Made by a program: the position numbers and the translations under genes. A stretch of DNA of 64,000 bases, taken from assembly GCA_964637575.1 (NCBI GenBank), contig CAZWVU010000001.1, positions 53,009 to 117,008 on the forward strand, given 5' to 3'. Under the pieces are notes generated by a model that worked only from the letters and a program-made list of their open reading frames with translations, made no database searches and had not been told where the DNA came from. Positions 8,948 to 18,360 of this stretch are shown here, in pieces. The stretch is from an uncultured Candidatus Saccharibacteria bacterium. GTDB taxonomy: Bacteria; Patescibacteriota; Minisyncoccia; UBA6257; WO2-44-18. Position 1 is the first letter of the stretch. Each line of letters begins with the position of its first letter.

Positions 8948-9646
8948 TTATTTTACTTTATCGTAGCGGTCGGGTGTGCCGATGTCGTGCACGTAGTCGT
9001 TTACCTGAACCGGATAGCCGTAGTACGGTTCGGAGCGCTTCAGAATATCCGGCAAAAGCTGGTGATCGATCTCGTAATACCGGCCTTCCGGAATGGAGTC
9101 GAGTATTTTTTTATTGAATACGTAGATTCCCTGCATATCATAGAAATCACCCGCCGGCAGCTGCGCGTGCGGTTTCTGGTAGATAGCCTGAAACCGCATT
9201 GCGCCATCCAGCGCGGCCAGGTCGGAATCAAACGAATGTTCGGTCTTCGCGACGACATGAACTCCGAGGCAGGGCTGTTTGCTCCGGTAATATTCGATCA
9301 GCTTCCGGTAATCGACTTTGTTGAACACATCGCCGTAGACGAGAAGGAAGTCTTCCCCGAGTTGGTGTTCGAATTGTTTCAGCCCTCCGGCGGTGCCCAA
9401 GAGAACCGGTTCGTGGGAATAGGTTATCTTCACGCCAAATGCGGAACCGTCGCCGAAATACCCGGTGATCGATTCGGGGAGATAATGGAGATTGATGAAA
9501 ATTTCCCGGATTCCGTGGCGTTTCAGATGCTCGATCTGATGCCACAACAAGGGCCGGTCGCCGATGGGAGCCATCGCTTTCGGCACGGTGTTGGTCAGGG
9601 GGCGCAGCCGCGTCCCCAATCCGGCGCATAAGATAACTGCCTGCAT
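8948..9646 (-). CDS. sugar-1-phosphate nucleotidyltransferase (HddC-like)
   Basis: LCAGLGTRLRPLT..PKAM, LGTAGG, YGD, DIGT. Start set at MQAVI (9646). Confidence 0.85.
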   Translation of the reverse strand: MQAVILCAGLGTRLRPLTNTVPKAMAPIGDRPLLWHQIEHLKRHGIREIFINLHYLPESITGYFGDGSAFGVKITYSHEPVLLGTAGGLKQFEHQLGEDFLLVYGDVFNKVDYRKLIEYYRSKQPCLGVHVVAKTEHSFDSDLAALDGAMRFQAIYQKPHAQLPAGDFYDMQGIYVFNKKILDSIPEGRYYEIDHQLLPDILKRSEPYYGYPVQVNDYVHDIGTPDRYDKVK

Positions 9647-9655
9647 GTGATACAA

Positions 9656-9691
9656 AGAATACAATAAAAAAGCTCCGATGTCTATCGGAGC
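9656..9691 (-). terminator. terminator after tal overlapped with leaderless promoter of next gene
   Basis: Stem GCTCCGAT/ATCGGAGC + U-tract; TAGACA (9679-9684, spanning the loop)-17-TATTCT (9656-9661), 9 nt to ATG. Confidence 0.7.
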
Positions 9692-10515
9692 CATTTTTCA
9701 AAATCGGTCAGGAACTGGCTGATTACTTCGTCGGTTTTGAAGTGCTGGACCATCCTGGAAAATTCGGGGAAAAACTTATACGGCACGGTCACAATGTGGA
9801 CGCCGGCAAGCATGGCGTCACGCATATCCCAGATCGTCCGGATTGAGCCGGCGATGATCTCGCAGCCGAACTTTTCCCGGTCAAACAATGCCCGGGTCCG
9901 GCCGGCCACGGAAACAGGATCGAAATCCTCTTCTCTGGCGGCGCCGCTTGCAAGGAGTTCCCGCGACTTCTGGAGCTGCGCACTGAGAAGCTCCTCGTCG
10001 CCTGGCTTTGCCTTGTTCGCCAGCGGGAAGCTGATCTTCTCCTGGATGACTTTCGGGTTTGCGTCGCGGATCCGGCCCCAGAAAAGACTGGCGTACTTCG
10101 CGCCGGCTTTCGCCGCCCACGCCGCCTGCGACACCGACATGCAGGCCGTGCAGTTCACGCTGATGCCGGACTCCGCAAAAGAACGGATGAGCGCAAGTTC
10201 GTTCCACCCAACCTGAATCTTGATGCTCAACGGATAGTCGAAGGTTTTTTTGAAATGGCGAACCTGTTCTCTGATCTGATCCGGCTCTTTCGCGAATACC
10301 TCAACGCTGAGATGGGGATACTTTCCCTGGATCCTGGAGTATTCCCGTTCGTAGTATTCCTGAAGCACGGCTACGATCTTGCCGATATGCTCCTCGAATT
10401 TGCCTTTCGGTTCTTTCGCGAGAAGCGACGGGTTGGTCGTCACGCCATCCACCCAGCCGGTTTCCAGCGCCTCCCTGATCTCGTCAAGGTTCGCGGTATC
10501 CACAAAGATTTTCAC
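9682..10515 (-). CDS. tal: transaldolase/fructose-6-phosphate aldolase family (with ~40 aa insertion)
   Basis: MKIFVDTA, GVTTNPSL, Schiff-base Lys in SIKI, VNCT, IIAGSIR. GTG start with SD TAAGGAG. Confidence 0.85.
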   Translation of the reverse strand: MKIFVDTANLDEIREALETGWVDGVTTNPSLLAKEPKGKFEEHIGKIVAVLQEYYEREYSRIQGKYPHLSVEVFAKEPDQIREQVRHFKKTFDYPLSIKIQVGWNELALIRSFAESGISVNCTACMSVSQAAWAAKAGAKYASLFWGRIRDANPKVIQEKISFPLANKAKPGDEELLSAQLQKSRELLASGAAREEDFDPVSVAGRTRALFDREKFGCEIIAGSIRTIWDMRDAMLAGVHIVTVPYKFFPEFSRMVQHFKTDEVISQFLTDFEKWLR

Positions 10516-10520
10516 GGAAT

Positions 10521-10581
10521 CTCCTTATCAAAATATCTTCCCATAGAATACATATAAAAAAGCGGCCCGTAAAGGCCGCTT
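10521..10581 (-). promoter_or_regulatory. gmhA terminator whose loop is the -35 of the tal promoter; boxA-like leader + SD
   Basis: AAGCGGCC-[TTTACG]-GGCCGCTT + U-tract; 17 nt to TATTCT (10545-10550); GATATTTTGATAA; TAAGGAG. Confidence 0.65.
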
Positions 10582-10591
10582 CATTGGTGAA

Positions 10592-11236
10592 TTACGAACA
10601 GGCGTTCAGGCCTTCGTAATATTCCCTGATCTTCTCCTTCAGTCCGAAGGTGATGAGGTGGCAGAGCAGGACATGAAAGGATTCCACCTGGGGTGTGTCC
10701 GACGCCGGGACGATAAGGCACACGTCGCAGATATCCTTAAACGCGCCGCCCTGATGCTTTTCGCCGACCAAGCCGATTGTCCGCCCGCCGTTATTCCTGG
10801 CATAGGTCAGCGCGCGCACCAGATTCTGGGAATAGACACCGGCTTTGTCCTGGCCGACGCCGCCGTTCACGCTGATCGCGATCACCACACCTCCCGGCTC
10901 CCAAAACGTCGCCAGCTGGGCATCGTAAACCCGGTCCCACTTCCAGTCATTCGTCAGGGCGCTGACCAGCGGGATATTGTCCACCAGTGCCGTGGCTTTG
11001 AGTCCCGCTTCGCCGGGATTCGCCACCACCGTCTTCACCAGATCGGCCGCGAGATGCGACGCCGTGGAAGCGGAGCCGCCATTGCCGACGATAAACACTG
11101 GCGACCGCTTCTGCCAGGCGGTGAAAAGAATTTCCATCGCCGCGGCGATTTCGTCCGCCCGGCTTTCCAGCATCGTGGCGATCAGCGAAGAATAGCCGAG
11201 AAAACTCTTGGCATAGGCGCGAAATTGCTCATGCAT
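10592..11236 (-). CDS. gmhA: phosphoheptose isomerase (SIS domain)
   Basis: GNGGSASTASH, SALTND, AISVNG, TPQVESFH..LCH. Confidence 0.85.
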   Translation of the reverse strand: MHEQFRAYAKSFLGYSSLIATMLESRADEIAAAMEILFTAWQKRSPVFIVGNGGSASTASHLAADLVKTVVANPGEAGLKATALVDNIPLVSALTNDWKWDRVYDAQLATFWEPGGVVIAISVNGGVGQDKAGVYSQNLVRALTYARNNGGRTIGLVGEKHQGGAFKDICDVCLIVPASDTPQVESFHVLLCHLITFGLKEKIREYYEGLNACS

Positions 11237-11241
11237 CGGAA

Positions 11242-11303
11242 CTCCTCCAATTCAATGAACTAAGGAACGCCTGTACCTTAATAAAAAAACTGCCGGCGGT
11301 CAA
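11242..11303 (-). promoter_or_regulatory. promoter + boxA-like leader + SD (gmhA)
   Basis: TTGACC(11298-11303)-17-TAAGGT(11275-11280); GTTCATTGAATT (11249-11260); GGAGGAG. Confidence 0.65.
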
Positions 11304-11304
11304 C

Positions 11305-12093
11305 CTAGATTTTTTTGCCGCGGTCTTCCGGTTTGATACGCCGGTAGTTATAGATATCGGAAGAGGCGATCTCTTTCCGGTGCTTCGGGAATTCCCGGTA
11401 ATGATCCCAGACCGCGGAGAAAATTTTCCCGGTAAGGCCGGCGGAATCTTCAGAAACCAAAAACAGCACGAGGTCCGCGGCTTTTTGCGGGGAAACGCCT
11501 CCCTCCTTTTTTTGTTTCAGCGCCTGCTCATATTCTTTTCCCGCGGCCGCTCCCGCGCTGATGACTTCATCCAGCAACTGCGTGTTGACCGCGCCGGGCG
11601 CGATGGCGTTGACCGCGATGTTCCATTCTTTCAGCTCTTCGGCAACGGTTTCGGTAAGACGGGCGATCCCTCCCTTTGAGGACACGTATGCGGAAAAATT
11701 CGGGCGGGCTCCGTCGCCGCCGCCGACAAAATTAATGATCTTCCCGCCCCGCTCTTTCATAAGCGGCGCCATCGCCCGGATCGCGAGAAAGGTTCCGGTG
11801 AGATTGACGTCCAGCGTCTTCCGCCATTCGGCCGGATCAATGTCGGTGATTCTGCCGACAGGGCCGAGCACCGCCGCGGCGTTCACCAAGATATCCAGCT
11901 GTCCCCAGTCTTTTTTAATTCTTCCAGCCAGCGCCGCCACTGACCGTTCGTCCGCCACATCAACCGCAACCGTACCGCCGCTTCGGGAAGCAGTAAGAAC
12001 CTCGGCGCCCTGCGCCGCCAATGCCGCAGCGATTGCACTACCGATCCCGCCGTTGCCGCCGATCACCAGCGCTTTTTTTCCGGAAAGCGTCAT
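11305..12093 (-). CDS. short-chain dehydrogenase/reductase
   Basis: GGNGGIG, LVNAA, YVSSK, NAIAPG. Confidence 0.9.
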   Translation of the reverse strand: MTLSGKKALVIGGNGGIGSAIAAALAAQGAEVLTASRSGGTVAVDVADERSVAALAGRIKKDWGQLDILVNAAAVLGPVGRITDIDPAEWRKTLDVNLTGTFLAIRAMAPLMKERGGKIINFVGGGDGARPNFSAYVSSKGGIARLTETVAEELKEWNIAVNAIAPGAVNTQLLDEVISAGAAAGKEYEQALKQKKEGGVSPQKAADLVLFLVSEDSAGLTGKIFSAVWDHYREFPKHRKEIASSDIYNYRRIKPEDRGKKI

Positions 12094-13211
12094 CGGGAAA
12101 TAATTTTTTTCTTTTTCAGATCGCTGAATGTCTTGTGAAGATACTTCTTCGCTTCGGGATACTGCCGCACCCAGGCCACATATTCGCGGACGTTGTCCGC
12201 GAATGTATATTCCGGTTTCCAGCCGAGCGCTTTCAACTTGGATACGTCCATCACCGAATGGCGCGGCGCTCCGACGCGATACTCGCCGGTAACTGGCCGG
12301 AACGGCACGCCGACTTCGCGGCAGACGGCTTTCGCGAGATCAATCACGCGCGTCGGCGTCCCACTCCCGATATTGAAGGCCTGGCCGTCCGCGCGCCGGT
12401 CTTCCAGCAAAATCAGGTGCGCGGCGGTCACGTCCTTCACATTCACGAAATCACGCGATTGCAGACCGTCCTCGTGAATACTGATCGGCTCGCCCGCGAG
12501 CGCCTGCACGGAAAAAGAACGGAGCGCGCCTGAGTAAAAATGCCGGAAAGACTGGCGCGGGCCGTGCGCGATCGAATAGCGTACGGCCACCGTCGGAATG
12601 CTGAGCAACGTTCCGAGATTGAACCCGGCTTTTTCCAGCGCCCATTTGGAAACTCCGTAGGGAATAGTTGGATTCAATTGGTCATCCTCTTCCTGCGGCA
12701 AAGGTTTGATGACTTCCCCGCCGGCCGGGCAGCGCATTTCCCATTGCCGCTGTTTGAGCTGGGTAAGCGGCCGCGGCGCCGGATAGACGATGCCGTGTTT
12801 TGGGCAGCGATATTTCCCCTCGCCATATACCGCCTGGGAGGAGGTAAGAATAATTTTTTTCACCGGCAGCTTCTGCTCGGCGATCAATTCGTAGATAAGC
12901 GCGGTACTTTTCGTGTTGGAATCGTAGTAGGTGCTGAAATCGAGATGATAATCCATGTACCCGGCGAGATGAAACACATATTCCACACCTTTCAGCGCTT
13001 TCGCCATATCCTTTTTATTTCGGACATCGCCTTTCTGGAATTCCGCGCGCGGATTGAACCAGGCGGGAAGTTTTCCGTTATGTGTCGGCGGAGCGAGATT
13101 ATCGAGTGCCCGCACCGCGTACCCGGCCTCAAGCAGGCCGTCCACCAGATGCGACCCGATAAATCCGGCGCCGCCGGTCACCAGCGCCAGACTCTTTTTA
13201 TTTCCGGCCAT
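12090..13211 (-). CDS. NAD-dependent nucleotide-sugar epimerase/dehydratase (WbiB-like, Cys/His insertion)
   Basis: TGGAGFIG, SSQAVYGEG, CPKHG insertion, YGVSK, RDFV. Confidence 0.85.
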   Translation of the reverse strand: MAGNKKSLALVTGGAGFIGSHLVDGLLEAGYAVRALDNLAPPTHNGKLPAWFNPRAEFQKGDVRNKKDMAKALKGVEYVFHLAGYMDYHLDFSTYYDSNTKSTALIYELIAEQKLPVKKIILTSSQAVYGEGKYRCPKHGIVYPAPRPLTQLKQRQWEMRCPAGGEVIKPLPQEEDDQLNPTIPYGVSKWALEKAGFNLGTLLSIPTVAVRYSIAHGPRQSFRHFYSGALRSFSVQALAGEPISIHEDGLQSRDFVNVKDVTAAHLILLEDRRADGQAFNIGSGTPTRVIDLAKAVCREVGVPFRPVTGEYRVGAPRHSVMDVSKLKALGWKPEYTFADNVREYVAWVRQYPEAKKYLHKTFSDLKKKKIISR

Positions 13212-14175
13212 AAATTGTTTCCACGATTTTCAATACTTCATACGCGTCCCGGACACCAGGCAGATTCTTCTCTCCCGACGTGAAAGCCTGGAGCTGCCGC
13301 GCGAATGATGTTTCTTTTTTTTCGTCCTTAAATATCATTATCTGCTCCGACGGCGGATTCGCAAAATCGGGATCGCGCTTCCCGATCGTTAACCGCTCCG
13401 GCCCGCGGTACCGCTGATCCAGCCCGTCAATCACCAGGTAGCCGTCGGTTCCGTAAATTTCAAAACAATGCGTCCAGTTCCAGTTCGTCCAGCTGACATG
13501 AATCGAGGCGACGTTTCCTTTCGCCGTGCGAAGCAAGGCGAATCCGTTGTCTTCGACGCCTCCTTTCCAGAACATATTTTCTGCATACCCTTCCACCTTC
13601 GGGAAGTCGCCGAGAAACCAGCGGGCGAGATCGATCATGTGCACTCCCTGGTCGATCAGCTCGCCGCCGCCGCTCATTTCTTTTTTAAAACGCCACTCCT
13701 TTTCATATCCCGGCTTGCCGCCGAACCCGTAGCGCGCCCGGACGAAAAGCAGATCGCCGATAGCACCCGCATCCGCCAGCTTTTTCGCTTCCATAAACGC
13801 GGCGTGGAAGCGGTGATTGAAGCCGATCATGTAGCGGCGTCCGGATTGTTTTTCGGCGGCGCTGATGCGCTCCATTTCTTCGGAGCTGATGGCGCCGGGC
13901 TTTTCCGAAAGTACATGCTTGCCGGCCGCGAGTGCTGCGACCGCCATCTCCGCGAGAAATGTGTGGGGGACGGCGAGAATGACCGCCTCTACTTCTTTAT
14001 CCGCGCACGCCTCCCGCCAATCCGCCACCGCGCGGCATCCGGGAACATCGGCGGCGCGCTGCTCCGCTTTTTTACGGTCAACATCGGCAATGACCCGCAA
14101 AGAATTTCCGGTTTCCCTGATCGCCGGAATCCACGAGGCGCTGATTCCTCCGGCGCCGATAAGTGCCAACTTCAT
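13198..14175 (-). CDS. Gfo/Idh/MocA family oxidoreductase
   Basis: IGAGGI, HVLSEKP, GFNHRF, GGGELIDQGVH. Start set at MKLAL (14175). Confidence 0.9.
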   Translation of the reverse strand: MKLALIGAGGISASWIPAIRETGNSLRVIADVDRKKAEQRAADVPGCRAVADWREACADKEVEAVILAVPHTFLAEMAVAALAAGKHVLSEKPGAISSEEMERISAAEKQSGRRYMIGFNHRFHAAFMEAKKLADAGAIGDLLFVRARYGFGGKPGYEKEWRFKKEMSGGGELIDQGVHMIDLARWFLGDFPKVEGYAENMFWKGGVEDNGFALLRTAKGNVASIHVSWTNWNWTHCFEIYGTDGYLVIDGLDQRYRGPERLTIGKRDPDFANPPSEQIMIFKDEKKETSFARQLQAFTSGEKNLPGVRDAYEVLKIVETIYGRK

Positions 14176-14181
14176 TGCTTT

Positions 14182-14219
14182 ATAGTATGTAAAAAACCCG
14201 CTGATTTCAATCAGCGGGT
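14182..14219 (-). terminator. terminator overlapped with leaderless promoter
   Basis: ACCCGCTGAT/ATCAGCGGGT stem + U-tract; TTGAAA (14205-14210, loop)-17-TACTAT (14182-14187), 6 nt to ATG. Confidence 0.75.
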
Positions 14220-15125
14220 CAGTTTGATCCATGTGAGCAAGTCCTGTGTCGGCTCCCAGTCGAACCAGTTCCTGGCGCGGGTGATATCCGCAAGCGTATC
14301 CGGAGGTTCTTCATAACGCGACGCCACGGATTCGGTTTCGCCTCCCACCGCCGCGGCGATCTCCGCGACGCTGTAATTTTTTCCGGCGCCGATGTTGATC
14401 ACCTCGCCGCGGCCAACGTGCGCTTCCTGATATGCCCGGAAGTTCGCCCGCGCGACATCCAGTACATACACGAAGTCGCGCCGCTGGCGGCCGTCGCCGA
14501 CGATCGTCAGCTTCTGGCCGTTTTTTTTCTGGAAGAGAAAACGTTCCGCCACGCCGGGAAAGGGAGCCCGCCCTTCCACGGCCGCGCGCGATCCATAGAC
14601 ATTGAAGTAACGCAGACAGACCGTTTCCAGCCGGCCCAGCTCGGCAAAAATCCGGCAGAGCACCTCGCCGCCGTATTTGGTGGCGGCGTAGGGATTGAGG
14701 AATTGCGGCGGAAAAATTTCCTTATGCGGCAGGGTCGGATTCTTTCCATACACCGAAGCCGATCCCGAGTAGATCACCCGACGCACGCCGGCGGCGAGCG
14801 CCGCAAGCAGGACGTTCTGGGTTCCGGCAACGTTGATCTGGAACGCGGAATCAAGATTGGCAATGCAGGCATCGATTCTGGCGTACGCGGCGCAATGAAA
14901 CACCGCCTCCGCTCCCGCGAACGCCGATTTCAAACTATCCGGATCGCGGACATCCGCCTGCCGCATTTCCACCCGAGGATTCCCTCGGAACACTTCAAGG
15001 TACGGGTTCGACTCGGCCAATACGCTGTCTACCAGCACCACGTCGGCCGGCGAAGCAATCAGCAGATACTGGCCGATGTTACTGCCGATAAATCCGGCTC
15101 CTCCGGTTACCACCAGTTTTTTCAT
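14211..15125 (-). CDS. NAD-dependent nucleotide-sugar epimerase/dehydratase
   Basis: TGGAGFIG, YAATK, LRYFNVYG, GDGRQRRDFVYV. Confidence 0.9.
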   Translation of the reverse strand: MKKLVVTGGAGFIGSNIGQYLLIASPADVVLVDSVLAESNPYLEVFRGNPRVEMRQADVRDPDSLKSAFAGAEAVFHCAAYARIDACIANLDSAFQINVAGTQNVLLAALAAGVRRVIYSGSASVYGKNPTLPHKEIFPPQFLNPYAATKYGGEVLCRIFAELGRLETVCLRYFNVYGSRAAVEGRAPFPGVAERFLFQKKNGQKLTIVGDGRQRRDFVYVLDVARANFRAYQEAHVGRGEVINIGAGKNYSVAEIAAAVGGETESVASRYEEPPDTLADITRARNWFDWEPTQDLLTWIKLTR

Positions 15126-15704
15126 CTAGCACCTCCACCGGCGCCTGATAAATATTCCACTGGAAAGATGGGCAAAGATACCGGCCACGGTGGCGAGATC
15201 CTTGATCTCGCCATTCCGCACCATTTCCAGCACGCGCATCTGTCCCGCGCAATACGTCTGCACTCCCTGCACCTCGTCGCCCGCCAGTTTCTTTTTGGAA
15301 GGGCGGCAGTCAAAGGCCAGGAAAAGATGGCAGGGATTGTTCACGCGGTCGGAGAGCGGGAAAAAGTACTTGCCCACCGGCGCGATCCAGCCGGGCTCGA
15401 ACCCGGTCTCCTCGATCATCTCGCGGCAGGCCGCCTTCATCCAGGTCTCGCCTTTTTCGCGGCCGCCGGCCACCGACTCCAGTGTCAGTCCGGCCACCGG
15501 TTTGCACTGCCTGGTCAGAAGAAATGGATTCCCTGCGCCGGCCAGGCGGGCCGAAACCGACACGTATCCGTCGCTGGTGAGGCGCAGGAAGTTTTTGATC
15601 TCCCTGCCGTTGTCGAACTTCACGTCCACCACGTCAGCGGTTACCCATTTGTCGCGGTGTTTCACTTCCCGGACCGAAATTTCCCGGGTGGTCGCAATTT
15701 TCAC
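15126..15704 (-). CDS. NUDIX hydrolase
   Basis: Nudix box GGREKGETWMKAACREMIEETG; GTG start with SD AGGAGG. Confidence 0.85.
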   Translation of the reverse strand: MKIATTREISVREVKHRDKWVTADVVDVKFDNGREIKNFLRLTSDGYVSVSARLAGAGNPFLLTRQCKPVAGLTLESVAGGREKGETWMKAACREMIEETGFEPGWIAPVGKYFFPLSDRVNNPCHLFLAFDCRPSKKKLAGDEVQGVQTYCAGQMRVLEMVRNGEIKDLATVAGIFAHLSSGIFIRRRWRC

Positions 15705-15708
15705 AAAT

Positions 15709-15768
15709 CCTCCTTCAATGTTCTAACGGCAAATTACAATAAAAAAACCCCGACGGCAAGTCGGGGTT
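15709..15768 (-). promoter_or_regulatory. radical SAM terminator whose loop carries the -35 of the NUDIX promoter; boxA-like leader + SD
   Basis: AACCCCGAC/GTCGGGGTT stem + U-tract; TTGCCG (15754-15759)-17-TAATTT (15731-15736); GAACATTGAAG; AGGAGG. Confidence 0.7.
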
Positions 15769-17299
15769 AGGATATGGGTTCGGCCGGATTCCAGCGGTTG
15801 CCGATGTTCTGCTTGAGCCGTTCGGCGACATAATCCCTGGGATTGACGGTCCGCCACGCCCACTCGCGCAATTCCAGCACGCGCTCGGCGGAAACGGCCG
15901 TATTCTTCATGACCGGCCGGTGCCAGTTCATCAGATCCGGATCGAAGTCCCGGGAAAGATGTCCGCCGGCGACGGCGATGTCATAGAGCGCGCTTCCGGG
16001 AAACGGGATCGGGATGAAGAAGGAGCAATATTTCGCTCCCGCATCCACCACCCGCTTCGCGTAGTCCACACTCTGCATGATTTCCGCTTCCGTCTCGTCC
16101 GGAAAACCGATCATCATGTTCACGGGACAGGTGATGCCGATCTTGGCCGCGATGCCCACCATTTCAACGATGTCCATCGTCGGCAGATGAAGCTTGCCCG
16201 TCGCATACCGGTCCAGCACCCGCTGGGAACCGGATTCCACAGGGAACGTGATCTGGTCAAATCCGGACGCGCGCAGAAGTTCCAAGTAGTCGCGGTCGGT
16301 TTCCAGCTTTCCGCTGTGTTTATTGCGGACAAGAAAATGAACAAGGTTCACGCCGTTGACGTCGGCGATCTTCAGACCGGCGCTGAGCAGGCGGCCGAAG
16401 ATATCCTTCACCCGCGACTTCTTGGCGAGAAGGCTGTCGTCTTCGAAATAGACCTTTTGCACGCCGAGATCCTTGAGGATCTGGATCTCGCGCATCACCC
16501 GGTCCACCGACTTAAGCCGGAGATTGCCGATATCTTCCTTGAACTCCCGCTCTTTGGAAATGTGGCAGTAGAGGCACTTGAACGGACAGCCGCGCGAGGT
16601 CATGATCGCCGCGTACATCAGACTTTTGTCGAGCACGGTGTCACCGTGCGGCGACGCGATGCGCGCGTACTTTTCCAGCGGCAGTTTGTGCCACGCCGGC
16701 ACCGGCAGTTCGTCCAGATCCATGCTGGTATCTTCGGGAAGGACCGGATTCCGCGCGAGAATTCCGTCCCGCCAGAAAAGCATGCCACTCACTCCGCCGA
16801 TGTCCTGCCCGCGGCTCCACAGCCGGAGCAGTTTCACGATGATCTTTTCCCCTTCAGTGGTGCAGATCGCGTCCACCAGTCCGGTCCGGAAAAACCGTTC
16901 CGGAATATTGCGGGCGTTCACGCCGCCCGCGATTACCAGAATGTCCGGACTGACCTCTTTCGCCGCCTGCGCCACTTCCAGCGCCATCCGCGTCTGCGGC
17001 GTAAAGTTGGAATGGATGGCCACCACGTTATACCCGCGCTTCGCGATCAGCTCCCGGATCATTCCGGACGTCATCCCGATGCGGGTCAGTCCGTTGGGTT
17101 GGCGCACCGCTTTGTAAAAGGTGTCTTCCAGTGTTTCCGCGGGGGAACCCACCGAAGCGTCCACCACATCATTGGCGATGCCTGCCCGATCCAGCGCCGC
17201 CGCGAGATACAGCGGGCCGAGCGAACCGTCCGGCCTTGCCGCCTCCGTCGGATTGAGCTGATTGGGCGGATACATAATAAGAACGTTGGGAGTCCGCAT
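15767..17299 (-). CDS. B12-binding radical SAM enzyme (class B methyltransferase-like)
   Basis: N-terminal cobalamin-binding domain (LGPLYLAAAL, IAGGVN), TSRGCPFKCLYC, ESGSQRVL, MIGFPDET, PFPGS. Confidence 0.9.
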   Translation of the reverse strand: MRTPNVLIMYPPNQLNPTEAARPDGSLGPLYLAAALDRAGIANDVVDASVGSPAETLEDTFYKAVRQPNGLTRIGMTSGMIRELIAKRGYNVVAIHSNFTPQTRMALEVAQAAKEVSPDILVIAGGVNARNIPERFFRTGLVDAICTTEGEKIIVKLLRLWSRGQDIGGVSGMLFWRDGILARNPVLPEDTSMDLDELPVPAWHKLPLEKYARIASPHGDTVLDKSLMYAAIMTSRGCPFKCLYCHISKEREFKEDIGNLRLKSVDRVMREIQILKDLGVQKVYFEDDSLLAKKSRVKDIFGRLLSAGLKIADVNGVNLVHFLVRNKHSGKLETDRDYLELLRASGFDQITFPVESGSQRVLDRYATGKLHLPTMDIVEMVGIAAKIGITCPVNMMIGFPDETEAEIMQSVDYAKRVVDAGAKYCSFFIPIPFPGSALYDIAVAGGHLSRDFDPDLMNWHRPVMKNTAVSAERVLELREWAWRTVNPRDYVAERLKQNIGNRWNPAEPIS

Positions 17300-17300
17300 A

Positions 17301-17361
17301 TCACCTCCGTGTATTTCTCAATGTGCGGAATTACTGTACAAGAAAAAAAGAAAACTGGCAA
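17301..17361 (-). promoter_or_regulatory. promoter + boxA-like leader + SD (radical SAM)
   Basis: TTGCCA(17356-17361)-17-TACAGT(17333-17338); GCACATTGAGAA (17315-17326); GGAGGTGA. Confidence 0.7.
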
Positions 17362-18360
17362 TTACATGCCAGTTTTGGGGGAAAAATCCGGATCAATCGC
17401 CACACTGCCCTGATAGTCGATGGCAAAATGGACGCGCCTCAGTCCGCGCGCGGCCAGCGCGAACGCCATGCGCGCCCGGTCCGTCGGATCGGGACAATAG
17501 AACATGAGGTAGCCGCCGCCACCCGCGCCGATCAGCTTGCCGCCGAGCGCGCCGCACTCCTTCGCGGTTTCGCAGGCGGCGTCAAAATCCGCCGTACTGA
17601 TTTTGGAAGACATCTTCTGCTTAATCCGCCAGTGGGCGTCAAGCAGGCGCCCGAACTGATCAAGGTCGCCTTCTTCAAACGCCCGGAGCACCGAACGGCC
17701 GATTTCCTTCGTCCGGTGTTTCAGCTCAAGCACCGCCGCCGCATCCTGCTCTTTGAGAATGTCTTTGCTCGCGCCGGGGCGCTTGATGCCGGTGTAGAAA
17801 AACAGGGTGTTGCTCAAAAAGCGCTCCGTGGTTTCGCGCGCGATCGCGGGCTTCCGCACTGCGACCCCGCCGTCACGTCCGATCTCGAGCACGGTAAATC
17901 CGCCGAACGCCGCCAGATACGGATCCTGTTTGCCTTCGTGTCCGCGGATGCGCTCGGTAATTTCAAACGATTTTTCCGCGAGAAACTCCGGCGTCTTCCG
18001 CTCCCCTTTAAGGGCGAAAAGAGTATTCAACAGGCCCAGTGCGTAACTTCCGGAGGAACCAAGCCCGGTGCCGGCCGGCGAGTCGGCGTTAAAGGTCACG
18101 CTCACCGCCCGGTCGATTCCGGCGATGCGCAGCGCCTCGCGGCCGATTTCGTGGTGAAGGGAATTCACCGAATCCACGACTTCGCAGTCCGTGTAATGGA
18201 ACTGGATGCGGTCGTCCAGCGCCAGCCGCTTGGCGAAAATGTGGACGTAGGACTGAATGGCCACGCCGAAGATGAATCCGCCGAACTTTTCGTAATACGA
18301 AGGGAGGTCGGTCGAGCCGCCTCCCAGAGGAATCCGGAACGGCGTTCTCGAAATGATCAC
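17362..18360 (-). CDS. hddA: GHMP kinase, D-glycero-D-manno-heptose 7-phosphate kinase (HddA)-like
   Basis: SRTPFRIPLGGGSTD, PAGTGLGSS, GKQD, GGKLIGAGGGG. Confidence 0.85.
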   Translation of the reverse strand: MIISRTPFRIPLGGGSTDLPSYYEKFGGFIFGVAIQSYVHIFAKRLALDDRIQFHYTDCEVVDSVNSLHHEIGREALRIAGIDRAVSVTFNADSPAGTGLGSSGSYALGLLNTLFALKGERKTPEFLAEKSFEITERIRGHEGKQDPYLAAFGGFTVLEIGRDGGVAVRKPAIARETTERFLSNTLFFYTGIKRPGASKDILKEQDAAAVLELKHRTKEIGRSVLRAFEEGDLDQFGRLLDAHWRIKQKMSSKISTADFDAACETAKECGALGGKLIGAGGGGYLMFYCPDPTDRARMAFALAARGLRRVHFAIDYQGSVAIDPDFSPKTGM

